From Phoronis australis (lineage: Eukaryota; Animalia; Phoronida), in the NCBI GenBank assembly GCA_002633005.1, contig NMRA01000156.1, forward strand, positions 124,001 to 188,000: DNA of 64,000 nucleotides, read 5' to 3'. The notes under the pieces were generated by a model. It saw only the letters and a program-made list of their open reading frames with translations. It searched no databases and had not been told where the DNA came from. Position 1 is the stretch's first letter, and the number at the start of each line of letters is the position of its first letter. Both the position numbers and the translations under genes were made by a program. Positions 24,301 through 39,300 of this stretch are shown here, in pieces.

Positions 24301-27300
24301 CAGAGCCTTGCAAAATTGCTGCAAATGCTAAACATTTTATAAAAAATGCTTGTGAAAGAAATCTTTACTACGCAGATCATCCTGACTACAAAGTAAAAAG
24401 TTCTTCTGAGTTAATTTTGTTGAGAAATTTGTCAAAATTTAATACCAGTTGTTGGTATTCCCTGACGAGTTGCTATTTTTAAGGCATGAACAGATCTGCC
24501 ACGTGGGTTGTAATTGTGAAGCACTTCGCTACCAAAGTGTCATGTGAGGACAGACGCTGTTCTTTCTAATGGTCTAACTTGATTTTTCAGGATTCATCAG
24601 TCCAGCGTGCTCTGTCCCGAGCCTGTCCTACTCCGGAGTCACGTTCTAGTGATGGGTTTTGTCGGCACTAATGGCTGGTCAGTAGATTCTTCACATTAAC
24701 TTTCTGATAGAAGTTATAGTTGGTCAGGGGTGACCTGGTTAGGTTTTCTCATTCTTTCAGTTCTGTGACAATTTTGTTTTCTTCGGAGCTGTTGTGTAGT
24801 AGATGGAACTGTTTGGAATAAGGCAAGCAGGTGTTTCAAGACCCACAGATCTGTGGCAATGAATTGTCAACCCCCTTTTGATACTCACTGAAAACCCTTA
24901 GCCAGAATATTAATTTGAGATTTATTGGAATATATATGCAATTGGGCATCTGCCCGAAGTATAACAAATACAAGAGATATTAAATTGTCAGGTGAGCTAC
25001 AGACTAGATGGTAAAGTATGATGCTTCAGAGCACAGTGGACAATTTTTTGAAGCGAAATATTGGAAGTTCTCACAATTTAGTAGAAAGTTATTTCTTACA
25101 TGAACCTTACCGGTGAACAGAACTTATTTTGTGATGTCACAAGAAATTCCTGTTTAAATAATATGGGAGAATGGCAACAGAGGCCACTTAAATACCTGAA
25201 GAAAATTCTCTAGATTACACTAGTGAAATATCAGTTCTACCTTACCGACCATGTCAGATTGGGTGGCGGCCTTACTACGCTGTTATGACTGTACAACTAC
25301 CAGAAAAAGTACATGGTCGCTGGCAAATGTGATTACGATGCGAGAATGTTTCCCAAACCCGTTAGGCCAGGGTTTCTCTCTTACCATTCTTCTATGGTGA
25401 CGGAAAATGTTCCTGAACATGTTGAGGTTGCGGTAAGTGTGGAAACGTGCTGGAAACACGTTTGTGAGGGCAACGCTAGCATGAAGTCACCATTGCAAGT
25501 GTTACGATTTTCGTATCGTCTTCATGTGGCGTTTGCTGCGCGTGCATTACGTTCATAGAGATGTGTCGAGACGTGACTCGGTGATCATTGGCCACCATAG
25601 AGACCAGAGCATGATATCTCATGTTTCTAACACGCTTGCCATTTTTGTTGTCACCTTATAGCACTTTGGGACCATTTCCGTCGCCATAGCAGCGCAGTAA
25701 GGTTGTTGCCATGGTCACATGGGGCTATCAGAGCTACATGCATTTAGGTCACGTGGGTGTTTCATCCCACAAACTCCCCACGCTTTTAACCGTCTTCTGT
25801 TTTCCATCTACAAGTGCCACCTAGGGAAGATTGAGTGGCCCAGCTGCAACCTGAAATCTTGTTGCCTGAAAATTCCTCTGTTTCTGGGCTTGAGTTTTGA
25901 ACTGTTTCCCTAGGCCCGCACCCAAACTGAAAGATGCGGAGATCTCCGACTCGAAGGCACGTGAGCTATACCATCAGTGTGTTCACTACGTACGGACTTT
26001 GTATCAGGAGTGTCGGCTGGTGCATGCTGATCTCAGCGAGTTCAACATGCTGTGAGTACGAACTAATAAAGTTCTGGGTTTGAGTTCCAGTCAGGACAAA
26101 TCTTTTCACTTATCTATAAGTCACGTGATGTGACCAAAGTGGCATGTAAGAATGCTTGTAATTCGTGTTTACACAATATCAATACACTGATTTATAACAG
26201 GAGAATTTCGTATTAGTTAAAAAGGTTATTTGATGAATCATGAAAAGACTTCAAAAAGGTTGACCATTACATAAAACTGATGTCGTCATGTAGATGCTCA
26301 GGACTGAGTATTGGTCACATTCAATCATCGTACGCTTATAACTCTGGATTCAATTTTGGAGGATTGATGTCATTGCAGTTTGTCTTTTGTTTTACCCGGA
26401 GTGATTTCTGTAATGTAGGATAGTCTTGACTTGTCGAACGACCGTTCCATGTTCAGTTTACTCAGATAATTTAACATTCCAGCCTCGCTAACCAATCATT
26501 TCAGTGGCGTCCATTTTGCATGTTTATTCGAGATAGGTGACCCTGGCTTTTCACTCCAGTGATTTTACTTAGTCTTGCGGGATTACGTTTTTCTGTCGTT
26601 AACAAACTTCGTCTATGTAATGCAATGCAGGGTTTCTCTTTTTTGCAGTTTTGTCCCATACAGTTCACTGTATGTGTTAGTATTTTCTAATTCTGATGCT
26701 ATTGAAGAAGTCATCCTGAATAAACAAATCTTGAGTCAAAGTAAACAACATGAGATTATCTTTTCCAGATATGACAGCGGTCACCTGTACGTGATTGACG
26801 TTTCACAGTCGGTGGAGCACGACCACCCTTGTGCCTTGGAATTCCTGAGAAAAGATTGCACTAATGTCAACGGTGGGTGTGCTGACTGTGAAGTCTGGGA
26901 ATTTCTGTTTGGATTTTCCATTTAAAAGCATCTTCACTTGGGTTCCATTTCGGAATTCTCATTTTGACTCTAATGTTTTGTATTGGAAGCTTTAGGCTGC
27001 TGTTAATAGATGTGTAGTTCCAATATTGCTACAAGCCACTGATATAAGATCTGTCATAGCAGGTTCACATAAGTGGTAAAAACATACATTCTGTCTGGGT
27101 AAGAGTCGTTTTTCTCAGCATTTTTTTCACCATTTCATTAGCAAAAGTCGTGTTAAAGCATGTCCACTCACTTTAATAGTGCGTTAAATTGATTTATCTG
27201 TGCATGCATGACCCAGTGTTTTCCACTACACAAAATTCAAACGCGACTTGAATTACAAAATTCATGGAGCTGTTTGAAAGTCAATATCCTTAATGTGGAG

Positions 27301-30300
27301 AGTCTGTGAATAAAGGGATTGAACTGGTACCAAAAGTCCAAACTTGACCCATGTAAGCTAAACTTGTCACGGCTAAATTCATACTCACTGCTGTGATGAG
27401 TGCAGAACACCATGAGACTGGATTAAGCAGATATTACTTCACTAATTTCTTGAAAGATGGGCAACAAAAATAAAATAAATAATCGAGAACTGTTTTATCG
27501 TTGAATGTTCCGCATAAATTTTCATTGTCTCTAATGGCCTTTCATGATTAAATGCACTATGTCTTGTGAATGGAAAGTATGATATTTTCCACTTATTTTG
27601 CTCAACATAATTGTCAAAATCGAAGAATTTACCAAAAGTTGTTTTATGACATCGGTAAAAACCATGCTAGTAATAGTATTTTTGTGGAGAAATGTGACGA
27701 AATGGAATATCACGTGTTGGCCATATTGTGTGCTAAATAAGTTAGAAATTACGGTGTTGTTAGGATTGATTAGTTCATGTTTGTTGTTCAAAGATGAAAT
27801 GAACCTGTGTTCAGTGATGAGATTTTGTTCATTTTATTTTTTAGACTTTTTCAAGCGACGGGGTGTGTGCACCATGACACTGAAGGAACTTTTTGACTTT
27901 GTCACTGACACTAGTATCACAGACGACAACGTGGAGCAATACTTGGAGAAAATGATGGAGGTTGCCGCCAACAGGACATTGGAGGAGATTACAGAGCAGG
28001 AGAAGGTTGATCAAGAGGTGCGTAGTGGTGGAGGGCGAGGGGGGAAGGTGGAAGGGCTGGATGTTGTAGATGGCCGTTATCAGGATGTTGGGGGAATAGG
28101 TTAATGAAAAGTTGTGAAGTGGTGGAGAGGATAGGCGAAGGTGGGGGGGTATGTTGTAGATGGCCGCTAGAAGGATGCTGGAGGAAAGGGTTGATCAACA
28201 GGTGCGTAGTGGTGGAGGGCAATTGGGGGAAGGTGGGGGGGAGGGGGCACTGGGAGGATGTTGTAGGTGGCCGCCAGCCGGGCGTTGGAGGAAAAGGTTG
28301 ATGAGTACCGGGATTTTCTGTAGATAAGCCCATGGGTGTGTATTTGGAAAATGAAAAATTTGGTACGTTTTAGTAATACCTATAAACGTCCAGGCATTTA
28401 TTCGAAAAAGGGGGTTGTGTAAACGGAAAGGTTTCCTGACTTTTACATTTTTTTCTTAAAAAATAGCTGTGTTTTTAAATTTTATGTCAATAAATGCATT
28501 GTTCGACAGCACTTTTTTCAGTTTGATTTTTATAAATGATAAATGCTCCACAAAACTGAATTTGTCACTAAAAGTTTAGTCAGCATTATAGTTTTCCAAT
28601 GAAACACCCATGGGTATTTCATCGGGTGGACTTGTCTATGGAAAATCGCGGTACGTGTGTAGTGATAGAGGAGAAATGTTTAATCAAGATGTTCAAGTGA
28701 CGGGACTGGGGAAATAATGGAGCTGGATGACAGCAAGATGTTGGAGAAGATTATAGAGCAGGAGAAAGTTTATCAAGATATGCATAGTGGTGAAGGGGGA
28801 TAGGGGATTGCAGGGGGGGAGGAAAGTATGGGATGGGGGGGGGGTTTGGAGTGGAGAGGACGGTGGAAGTTATACACAAGTCTGTGCGTTTAGCCAAGTA
28901 TCTTCAACACCTCATTATTTAACTCAGTAAAGTACATGGAAACATGTAGAATCGAAATTTTTACTTTATACCAATCTGTAACCACTTCTATCGATACCCT
29001 TAAATGCAGATGGTCCAGCGCAGCACAGGTAAATGAGAAATTTATCACTGATATAACGCGTTTTGTTTACTTTTCAGGTATTCAGAAATGCGTTTATTCC
29101 ACGTACGCTCGATGATGTCATCAACGTGGAGAGAGACTACGTGAAGGCTCAACAGGGTGAAACTGACGAGGTAATGACTGTTAACGTTCCCCGCTCTCTA
29201 TCAGAAGTGGATTGATAAGTATTGCCTTTTGGGTGCTTGCGTCCTGCCTCACTGGTGTTACTGATGAATTACATGATGCTACCCTCAAAGGCAATCCATG
29301 AATGGGTAGCCAATACAAATGAACATAAGAAAATCCATTCAAAGAAGGCTTTAAATGGACACTGTTGATTTTTGGACGAAAAATGCATTTTAGGACTCTT
29401 GTTAAATAGAATACTTCTTGAAGTTATTAACTTTGACCAGAGCTAAAAAAACAACAAAATCTGTTGCATTTTTGTGAATTTATTACAAACCTCTAATTGT
29501 TGCCACTCCAGACATTTACTGAGGCCAATGTCTTCACTATTTAAATATGCTTGAAATACTCTGCTATTTGACGCATGAGATTTGGCTTAGGGGCGTAGCG
29601 TTCAGATGGTGCTGCAGAGCTAGTGTGTTTGATTCCGCGCTGCGACTCGTTTTTGTGAAAGTACTTTTCTCGCGAAGAATGTCCCTTCAAACTGGTAAAT
29701 GACTGTCTTGTTGGATGTCAAACATACAATAACAAAAATGTGACACTCTCCTAAGTCTTAACTGTTAGATGTAATGTACAAGACTGCCAACATCAATGGG
29801 TACTTCTACATGTAAACATACACAGAGATGACTCTCTTTCTTGGAACTACCGGGGTTTTCCGTAGATAAGCCCACCTGATGAAACGCCCATGTGCGTTTA
29901 TTCGGAAAATTATGCCGAATAAACGCCCATGGGCATTTAGTTGGTGTTGCAACTTCTCGTGTCAAGTGACCAGATAGTGCTGCGTTTATTTGGAAAACTT
30001 CCTTTTAAAAGCCCACTTAGCGTCAACTTTTAGTCACTAAGTCAGTTATGTAGAGCATTTATCAATTATAAAAACGAATGAAGTGTTGCCGAACTATGCA
30101 TTTATTACTATTAAATTTTAAAAACAGATTTAAATACAAAATCAGCTAGGAAACCACTTAATCTACGTGTATTCAGTCCATGTCAATGTTGTCATCCAGC
30201 TCCTTGGCCGAATTTCTTTCCACCTCCGAGTCGCTGAAGGGATCCCGTGACTTGCCGTCCATCTCTTGGTTACCCGCGTTGTATCCCATGTGTTCGCGAA

Positions 30301-33300
30301 TCCGGGGTTGAATAATACGGTAGAGACCATTTGCCCATCAACATTCGAATGCTCTGATAATGATGTCTTGCGGGATTTTCCGCATGGCTGAAGATACAAC
30401 ATCCAGAAGTTTTTTCTCGTAGGATGGGGGGCTGCGATATCCTCTCGGAGTTGTATTCTTTCTCTCCGTTTTCAAGTCAACACTGATACACGGGTGATAA
30501 CAAACATGACCACCGGACCCTAAAAACATGACCGCCGGTCCTCCAAATCGGACCAACTCACCACAAAACAGGATCTGTGGGATCAAATGGGACCGCCGCA
30601 CCAAAAAAAAATGGGACAGAGGCATCTAAAAACATAACACCGCTCCACAACAAAACAAGATCGCTGCAGACTGAACGTGACTGCCAGACAAAATGTAAGT
30701 TATCAATGTCTTTGTGCGACACGTAACCGGCCAGCTAGTCAAAATAAGCTTGGTAGCAATGTATGATGAGGTCTGTTAGACCCCGAAATTTCACATGCTC
30801 GAACTTGTTATTTTTTCACAATACGTGGTAAGAGTGTTCAAGCCGAAGTTAATAGATTTTCTACTAAGCGTCCTTGGATGCTATCCTCTTTGCCACAAGG
30901 AGGTCTACAAGTGTTATGCACATTAATTTTTTTGTCCCGCTGGGCAAATATCACAAAAATTGATAAGTTGCTACACAATTAACGTTGTTAACAGGTATCA
31001 ACACAGAAGGGCTGTTTCACTTACAAAAATACATATCGCGCATCATGCTGGTATTTACGTAGCCAAAATTATGACTTTCCGTTTACACACCCCCCTTTCC
31101 GAATAAACGCCCGGGCGTTTATCGGTGTTACTAAAATGCCTGAAAATTTTCACTTTTCGAATACATGCCCAAGGGCTTATGTACGGAAAACCTTGGTAAT
31201 AGCAGTTATCCCACATGGGAAGTTGTTCGCTATCAGTCATGAATCAGAAAAAATTGTTACCATGTCTGTGTTGGTATTTTAATAGGTGGCACATATTGTT
31301 GCGAAAGTTTTTGATCGATAACAGTTCTTTGCCAATAACTATTTTGACCAGCTGGTATGGGCGCTATCACAAACGAGAGTGCAGACAATAAACTTGGACA
31401 TAACCGTGTCTCGATTAGGGGAATTCTACACACCGCAACGCTTTGTCTGTGCCATCTGGTTTTCATGTTTGTAGTTAGAACTGTATTAGTGTGACATGGC
31501 CCCTGATAACAAGAGAATGTCTGTTGTGACAGCACTCTCCAAAGACTGGGCAAGTTGATATTCATCTCAGTTATAGGCAAAGATGTGCTGAAAAGAAATC
31601 AAATATTTGCACCCACCATAAGAATTAGAGTTAAATACGTCACCCTTATGTTGTTTTTTTTTTCTGGAGAGTTTTATTTTGTTGTGTTTTTCCGGAAAAT
31701 TGGCATAGCAAGTGTTTTTGCAGTATTTGCCAGCATTGTATTTGTTGAAGAGTTTGCTACAATACCTGGTATACATTGTCATGATCTTCTAGGTAGAATA
31801 ATGTGTTTCTGAGATCATTGAAAAATGTGGCTACTTCGAGTTTAATGACGCATCGTTTCCTCAGCGTAAGACCTGTCACAATTTTTGTTACGTTTTCTGC
31901 CAATCACCCATGACCAAAATGTTAAATATTGTGAAAGTTAACATAATGGTTGGCTAAAACCATGCCATGAAAACATTGAATGAATAGTAGAATAAAAACG
32001 ATAAAACTTGTGTTGTGAATTTTGTATTTGAATGCTTTTGTTCACAGCATAATGTAAATTTCCCCGAATGTTAAGCCATGGCATTTTATACCATATATTT
32101 GCAGTAGAAAAATGTCAAATTTATACGTCTTCACCGATGCGGTGATGCGATTTGATGAAATATAAGACGCCATCATTTGAAAAAAAGTGATAATTGTTTG
32201 GTCTAAATTTTCACTGATTCTCTATGAGAACTGATTATCTTGTGGGCTTGTTTTGTTTTTGCGATGAATTAGCACCGTGTTATTGAATAGCCATTGGATG
32301 GCAAGATCCCTTTGGCACGATGCCAAGTGTTGGTAACCAGGCACTTGTGGTCACATTTGTGAACAATTTCCTTATTAACTGTTATGTATTACGCTGTGTT
32401 TTGTACATTACCATGGTTACCTTGGATAGTTTGCTCCTACTTGGCATCCTGTTTGAGGAGAGCCTGATTTATTCTCCACGAAATCAGAAAAGCTGCAAAA
32501 GTGACAGAATCCGACTTCTTTCACAGAATGAAGCAGTTTTGAACAGAATTCACATATTTCAGTTAGTATTGGATACTGTAATTTCAATATTTTTGGTTTC
32601 TAATCGCCAGAAAATATTATCAATAAATTTGCACGACATTTTCAAGTAATTGTTCATTCTTTCAGAAGTTGGTGTTAATGTTCCATTTTTGAGAAGGTAT
32701 AAGATGACATGCAATAAGTTATCGGTAAAATTGGGTTGCTGCATAGTACACCGGAAAACAGTAAGCCAATTTCCTGATCACAAGTATGCTATTTATCCAT
32801 TTGATATTGTAAAACGGAATTTGCTAATTTCCAAAACGAAAAAACCCAGAAATTTGTGTTTCCTGTTTTTGAAAACGAAAACGAAAAGTCAAGGTGTATA
32901 CTGTTAGTGATAATTGTACATAATTTTGCTTAATAGTGTCTGTAAATGGAAATCCATATTGAGGAGTTGTGGAATCGCTGTGCTTTGTACTTAAGCACAA
33001 TGACATCGGCAAACGTTGACAGAAATTGTCTTGTGGCTAGAAATTATGTTGTGTAAGGTCTAAAATAAAAAACTCCCCGAGATTTTTAAGATGCACTGCA
33101 TCGCTTTAGCACAATGACGTCTGTAAATGTAGGACAGAAACCATCTTCTTGTGGCTAAAAATTATGTAATCTTCTACAAGTTCTATTAATGGAAAACCAC
33201 CTGAGACATTCAAGACCCAAAGCAATGCTTCAGCACAATGATGCTGGCGAAAGTGGAACAGAAATGGCATTGTGTAGTAAAAACTGTATAATCTTGTTAT

Positions 33301-36300
33301 GGTTTAATAATGGAAAGCCCTCTGAGATTTTCTAGACCCACTGCAAGTCTTCAGCACATGCCATCCTCAAACGTTGGACAGAGATGGCTAGCTTGTTCCT
33401 TAGTAACTTACAGATCAACCCACTTGAGGTCACTGAAATATATGTTTTAAAGCCACTACACACCACTATCTGGTGGTAAAACATATTTTTTCACACAAGA
33501 ATTTGCACTTTCAGAGAAATGTCGTCATGGTCTTGCCCCGTGTTTTGCACTGAAATTGACATCAATAGATCACCTGAAATTCACAACAGCATTGCTGCGT
33601 GGCAATTAAAAATAACCCACACGCAATTCCTGGCAACTTAAAGTGGTCTGGACCAATAACAGACCTGTTGGTTCTTTTCAACAGGGCTTGCAATATTCCT
33701 CTTTTAAGAGGATTTCCTCTTTTTTGGTTTCAATTTCCTCTTATTTATTTTCCAGTTTCCTCTTTTTATGTGCCCACATATTTATATGTGGACGCGTTAT
33801 GCCGTCATCTCCATCCGTCCGACGTCCGTCCGGCGTCCGCTGCTCTATCTCCAAAGCGCCTTGATGATGTTCATGAAATTTTGCACATGTGTTCCTTCCG
33901 TAGATGGAACGGCATGAGTGAACTTTCGGATGGATCCGTCTACTGGTGTGCCCCCTAGTGGCAGTTTTAGTTTTTTACGTTTACCTCTGTATCTTCAAAA
34001 GTCCTGAATGGATTTTCATAAAATTTGGTATATAGGCACCTATTAGTGAGATGACGCTATCCTCCCGTTTTCAGATGGATTTGACGAAGTTTGCGCCACC
34101 TAGTGGCCATTTTTACTGTTTTCGAGTATTTTTTTGAGTCCACCCCTCTATCAATCAAACCGCTCAAAGGATGATTGTATGTTCTTACTATCAAGTGGAC
34201 GGCTGACGATGATTTTCTGATGACTTCGACTACTGGGGCGCCTCCTAGTGGCAGTTTTGTTTTTTTGCACCTATGGCTGTTTCCCCTAAACCATTCGCAG
34301 GATCTTTACTGAATTTAGTAAGTGTATTTATATGATATTAACAACAAAGGACGACGACTTTCAGACGAATCTGACTGCTGGTGTGCCACCTAGTGGCAAT
34401 TTTATTCTTTTTTACGTTTACCTCAGTTTGTTCAAAGGTCCTCAACGTATTTTCATAAAATTTGGCATACAGGCATCTGTTAATTAGGTGACGCTATCTC
34501 TCCGTTTGCAGATGGATTCGACCTAGTTTGCGCCACCTAGTGGCCATTTTTATGCGCCCACATATTTATATGTGGACGCATTATGCCGTCATCTCTGTCC
34601 GTCCGTCCGTCCGTCCGTCCGTCCGTCCGGGCGGCGTCCGTCCGGCGTCCGGCGTCCGCTGCTCTATCTCCAAAACCCTTTGACATACGTTCATGAAATT
34701 TGGCACATATGTTCCATTCATGAATGGGACGGCATGTGCGAACTTTCGGACGGATCCGANCTTTAAGCAACTGGTGTATAGGATGTGCTTGTATTATGAA
34801 GATTACTCACATTTTGCCCCTAGCCTATTGAGGAGACAATGACCATGCCTTTCCATTTTGCAAAGTATGCCCTCTACTGGCCACTTTATGGTACCAATAA
34901 ACAACCCTAGAAGGATACCGTATGCGGTGCAATTGTGGGCGCATTTCAACGCTCCGCGTTGCTCTTGTTACTGTTTTTAGCCTGTTTTTTGGCGTCCACT
35001 TGTCTATCAACCAAACTGCTTTCAGGATAATTGTGAAAATTTGCATGTATGTTTTTACTATGAAGTGGACAGCTAGTTCGACTACTGTAGCGCCTCCTAA
35101 TGGCAGTTTTTTTTGCGCTCATGGCTGTATCTATTAAACGTTTGCAGGATCTTTTCCTAATTTAACAAGTGTATTTATATGATGTTGACAATGGACGACG
35201 ACGACTTTTGGATGGATCTGACTACTGGTTTGCCCCCTAGTGCCAATTATAGTTTTTTACGTTTACCAGTCTGTATCTTCCAAGGTCCTCAACAGATTTT
35301 CATAAAATTTTGAATAATAGGCATCTATTGGTGAGATGACGCTATTGTCCTGTTTTTAGATGGAATCTAGGTATTTTGCGCCACCTGTTGGCCATTATTG
35401 TTGTTTTCAAATCTTCTTATTGGCATCCACCCCTCGATCAACCAAATCTTTCTAGGGATGGTTTTGAAAATTGACGTATATGTTTTCATTGTAAAGAGGA
35501 CGTTTGATGATGGCGACTGACTACTGTGGCACCTCCTAGTGGTATTTTTTTGCGCCCATAACTGTATCTCCAAAACCCACTGCAGGATCTTTATTAAATT
35601 TAGTATGTGAATTTATGTGAAGATAACAGACAATGACTTTCAGGCGGATCGAACAGACACTGTGCCCACAAGTGGCAATTTCATTTTGTTCTGTTTTCCT
35701 TTGTTTCTCTAAAGTTCCTTGACAGATTTTTATGAAATATGGCATGTTCCCATTTTTGGATGGATTGTACATTTTTGCGCCATCTAGAGGCCATTTTTAT
35801 GATACAAATAAATAACCCTAAAAGCAAACCATTTGCGATGCATTCGTGGGCACATTTCAACACTCCGCGTTGATCTTGTTTTGTCTCATATCATTAATTT
35901 GGCTTTTCTTCATGCAAAACTGTTTCAGTTAAATTTTACAAAGAAATATATCTATAACTCAAGCCTATTTATTTGTGGAACAATACATCACTTGGAAAAT
36001 TTTCCTCTTTTTTGTCATTGGTTATTCCAAGCCCTATTTCAAGACCAGATATTATTTCTAATAATAATTGCTGGTTTTATAAGTCTTAATATTAAAAAGT
36101 TGTTTTTTGACAGACGCACTGGAATAAAAGTGGTGTGTGGTTTCAGTTAATACAGTGTATATCATCTACTTACATGCAAGAGGCAAACAAACATCTCTTG
36201 ATAGACTAAGCATTGTTTGTTGTCACAAGTAAACAAATTATACCGGTTTTGGTATCTGGATGGGTGGTCACATGGGCACGAGCGAACTTTAGAAATTACT

Positions 36301-39300
36301 GTCTGTGTAAACTGGGCGTGGGAATATAACGGAATTGAAAATGAACTTCTTAACAATTTGGCATTGGGCATTGAATCAAATATGAGTGTTGACCCAGACG
36401 AGATTGGTTGTTGTTTTTTTCAAAAAAGGAGTTGTTTAACGTTTTTTTACAAAAGAGTATGGTAAATGTTTTGTGGAAACTGGCGTGATCTTTCAAAACA
36501 TATTAAGTGCGCCCGTGGTATGACGTCTATTATCGTCGTGGAAACATGTGATACGTTAATTAAAGCGTGCCTATTCAGTTGACACTTGTCGTCTTATTTC
36601 TTTGTTGTGTGTTTCTTGACTAGCAAATTGGTTAATGACTACTGCGTCAATACTTCAGAGAGCTGCATGTTTTCACTTTCTTCTAAATGTGCGTGTAGAT
36701 CATATTCCGTCTCTGTAACTTTCAGAGTTGCCGCTCTATGAGCGGTCCAGAAATAGGGTAAAATCTCATCAACAGTAATTATTATTAACATTGCCCTTCT
36801 CTCATTCTCATTTTTGTTGTGAATACCCACAGCGTTTCAAAACATTGTTTGATTGTAGCCATGGTGCAGAAGTAGAACACGGACAAACAGCCTAGTACTG
36901 CAGATCTGTCATGGAAAAAATGAGAATCGATTAGTAAAATTTCACTCAATAGTCATCTTGTGCCTCAAATTGGTGAAGTCTTTCTGTTGGCGTAAATTCG
37001 GTGCAGGAATATCATCTAGCATATAATAGTCCAGAAATGCACGTATTAGTCTCCTGCGGCTCCTAAGTCATTAACATAATAATCTGGCTTAGAAACAAAG
37101 AACTATGACATCATAATTGACGTCATTTCGTGGCTGCTTCAGTGAATTACAGTTAGTGGCAACTTTTTTGCAATTAGACGCTGGCGTGGCGTGGCTATGC
37201 TTATTGCTGCCATGTTGTGAAAGATAATGTCATTGTTTTAAATTTATTTATCGAAGTGGCAATGAACTCGCATTATGTCAAAGAAATCTCATGATTTAGT
37301 TCGCTTACCGCTGAAATTAGTTTCAGATGAGAAGAGAATTTTGGTTTTGCAAAGAACTTACAGAACATTATTCCTGGAGACCATGCTGAGCAGATAAAGT
37401 AACATGCCATGATCAGCCAAGTTGATTGGATTCTTGCAAACTTTCACATGCTATGTTTTGTGTACTGTTTTCAAAAATGGTCTTTGTAGGAATAGTTTTC
37501 GAAATGTTCCACTTTTGCATGAGGTGTTTTCAAAAAGGACTTTTATTATTTATTTATAAAACAACTACAATGTTGCATCAAGAAATTTATGTTTTAGAAA
37601 ACTGTAGGAATGGTTTTGAGATTCTATTTTGAACATTTGTATCTAACGAAATTTTACCATGTTATTGATAGTGTTGTTTTGCTCTGAATGTACTACTTTT
37701 CTTTCTTGCTAAATTTTACTAAGCAGACATAGTCATGTGACCTGTTTAATGACAAATTGGTATAAACTTGAGTTAAAAATCAAACTGCAGGTTCTCTACT
37801 TTCAGAAAATATAAACTTTTACACAGTTATATTGTGTAAATGTTTGGCTAAATACAAAGATTTGTCAACAAGGTCCTGCGTAACCTTAAACGCCCTGCTG
37901 TACCTTGTACAACCCTCTACCCCTGTTTGTTAGGGCTGGACTGCATTCAGATTAGAGAATTTCACCAGAATGCAGTAAATGAGCTCATACTTTCCCAAGT
38001 TGTCTTTTGGTAGGCCCTGGAACCCAGAGTTCATACGGTCTTAAAAACTTAAATTTGGAGCCTTGGTTTGTATGTCCTTGAATTTCAGTTTTTAGTCTAG
38101 AAATGTTTCAAAGATGGTCTTTATTTTTTAATGCTTCAAAAATCATGAATGCCAGCCTTTTTGTTGATCAAGTATGCATTCATGTGTGTATCCTATTTAA
38201 GCTTAAAATCTTTGCAGACATTTAATAAAAGCTAGTCATGTGTCACTTATCTGTAGTTCTGTCAATGTACACCAGGGGCAACAGTGAAAAACCCTGCTGC
38301 AGGTTTGGTGTTTGCTGGTCCTGTACTGGGATTTAGGGGATTATGGCTGTAATTTAGAGACACAGCCATGGAATCCAACCTCCTGTTTGGGCTTGGTAAG
38401 AGTTGATTGTTCATTGCAGCTAAACACTGAACTTGTTGGAATTAACTGTAGTATAGGAATGTGGCTGGATATTGAGCCGGTTCTATGAAAAAAACACTAG
38501 ATGGAGTTACTGGTTAGTACAATGGGGCTTTAACATATTTGTATTACTTTTCAGATATTATACCAGACTGTCATTGGACTGAAGAGTGATCTGTCTGGAG
38601 CACAGCAGGTAATTGGTAGTCACTGTGGACATAAAAACATCGGCAAACTATCGGATCTTTCAGAAAAAAAAGCGTTCAAATTACAATACAGCATAGATGT
38701 TTATAAGAAAAGGCAGTTCCTTCTAGGTGCACAACCAAGACAGACTGTCGTCATGTGAATTCTGATGTTTTGTGTGTGGCACTGTCTTAAATTTCATTCC
38801 ATTGTTCTAGAAACTTTGTCCCTTTCTGTTGTCACTTGCAATCTCATTTTGCTTGTTTTGGGCTTGAATTCCTTCCTTTACGAAACCCACTAATGCTGCT
38901 TGTCCAGGTGTTACAAGTTAAGATATTATTGATGGTGCAAGCAAATTCTATTGGAGATTTTCTTGGAGAAACCTAACGGGATATGTGTCCAGTGGAAGAA
39001 CAAACGAAGCAAATTTTTCCAAAAGTATGCCTGGGGTAATTATTCGGAAGAAATGCAGGTGGTTGAACTCTAAACCTTTCCTCAGATTTTTAGGAGCTGC
39101 ACACCACAGTGTTAATCCTGCGAAGTGCAATCTTACATCATCACTAATCCTCATGTCTGATCTGAAGTTTACTGTATACATTCAGTTTGGGTTTGCACGA
39201 GATCCAATTGGAAAATGTGCATCTGCCTTTATTGTTGGATTTTACATTTGGTCTCGAGAGTTCAATCTGCCAAGTATAGGCACTGGCTTATAGACGGATA

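Noticed and set aside
27598-28333. 168-aa and Pro-rich 114-aa ORFs as separate genes
   Set aside because: Explained by RIOK1 exon 11 with intronic read-through and by the antisense strand of the G-rich repeat.
29221-29345. Possible intronic H/ACA snoRNA (two small hairpins in RIOK1 intron 12)
   Set aside because: No properly placed H box or terminal ACA box.
33940-35800. CRISPR-like array of recurring CCTAGTGGC motifs
   Set aside because: Eukaryotic context, the intervening sequences are homologous to each other and there are no cas genes; these are internal repeats of a HINE element.
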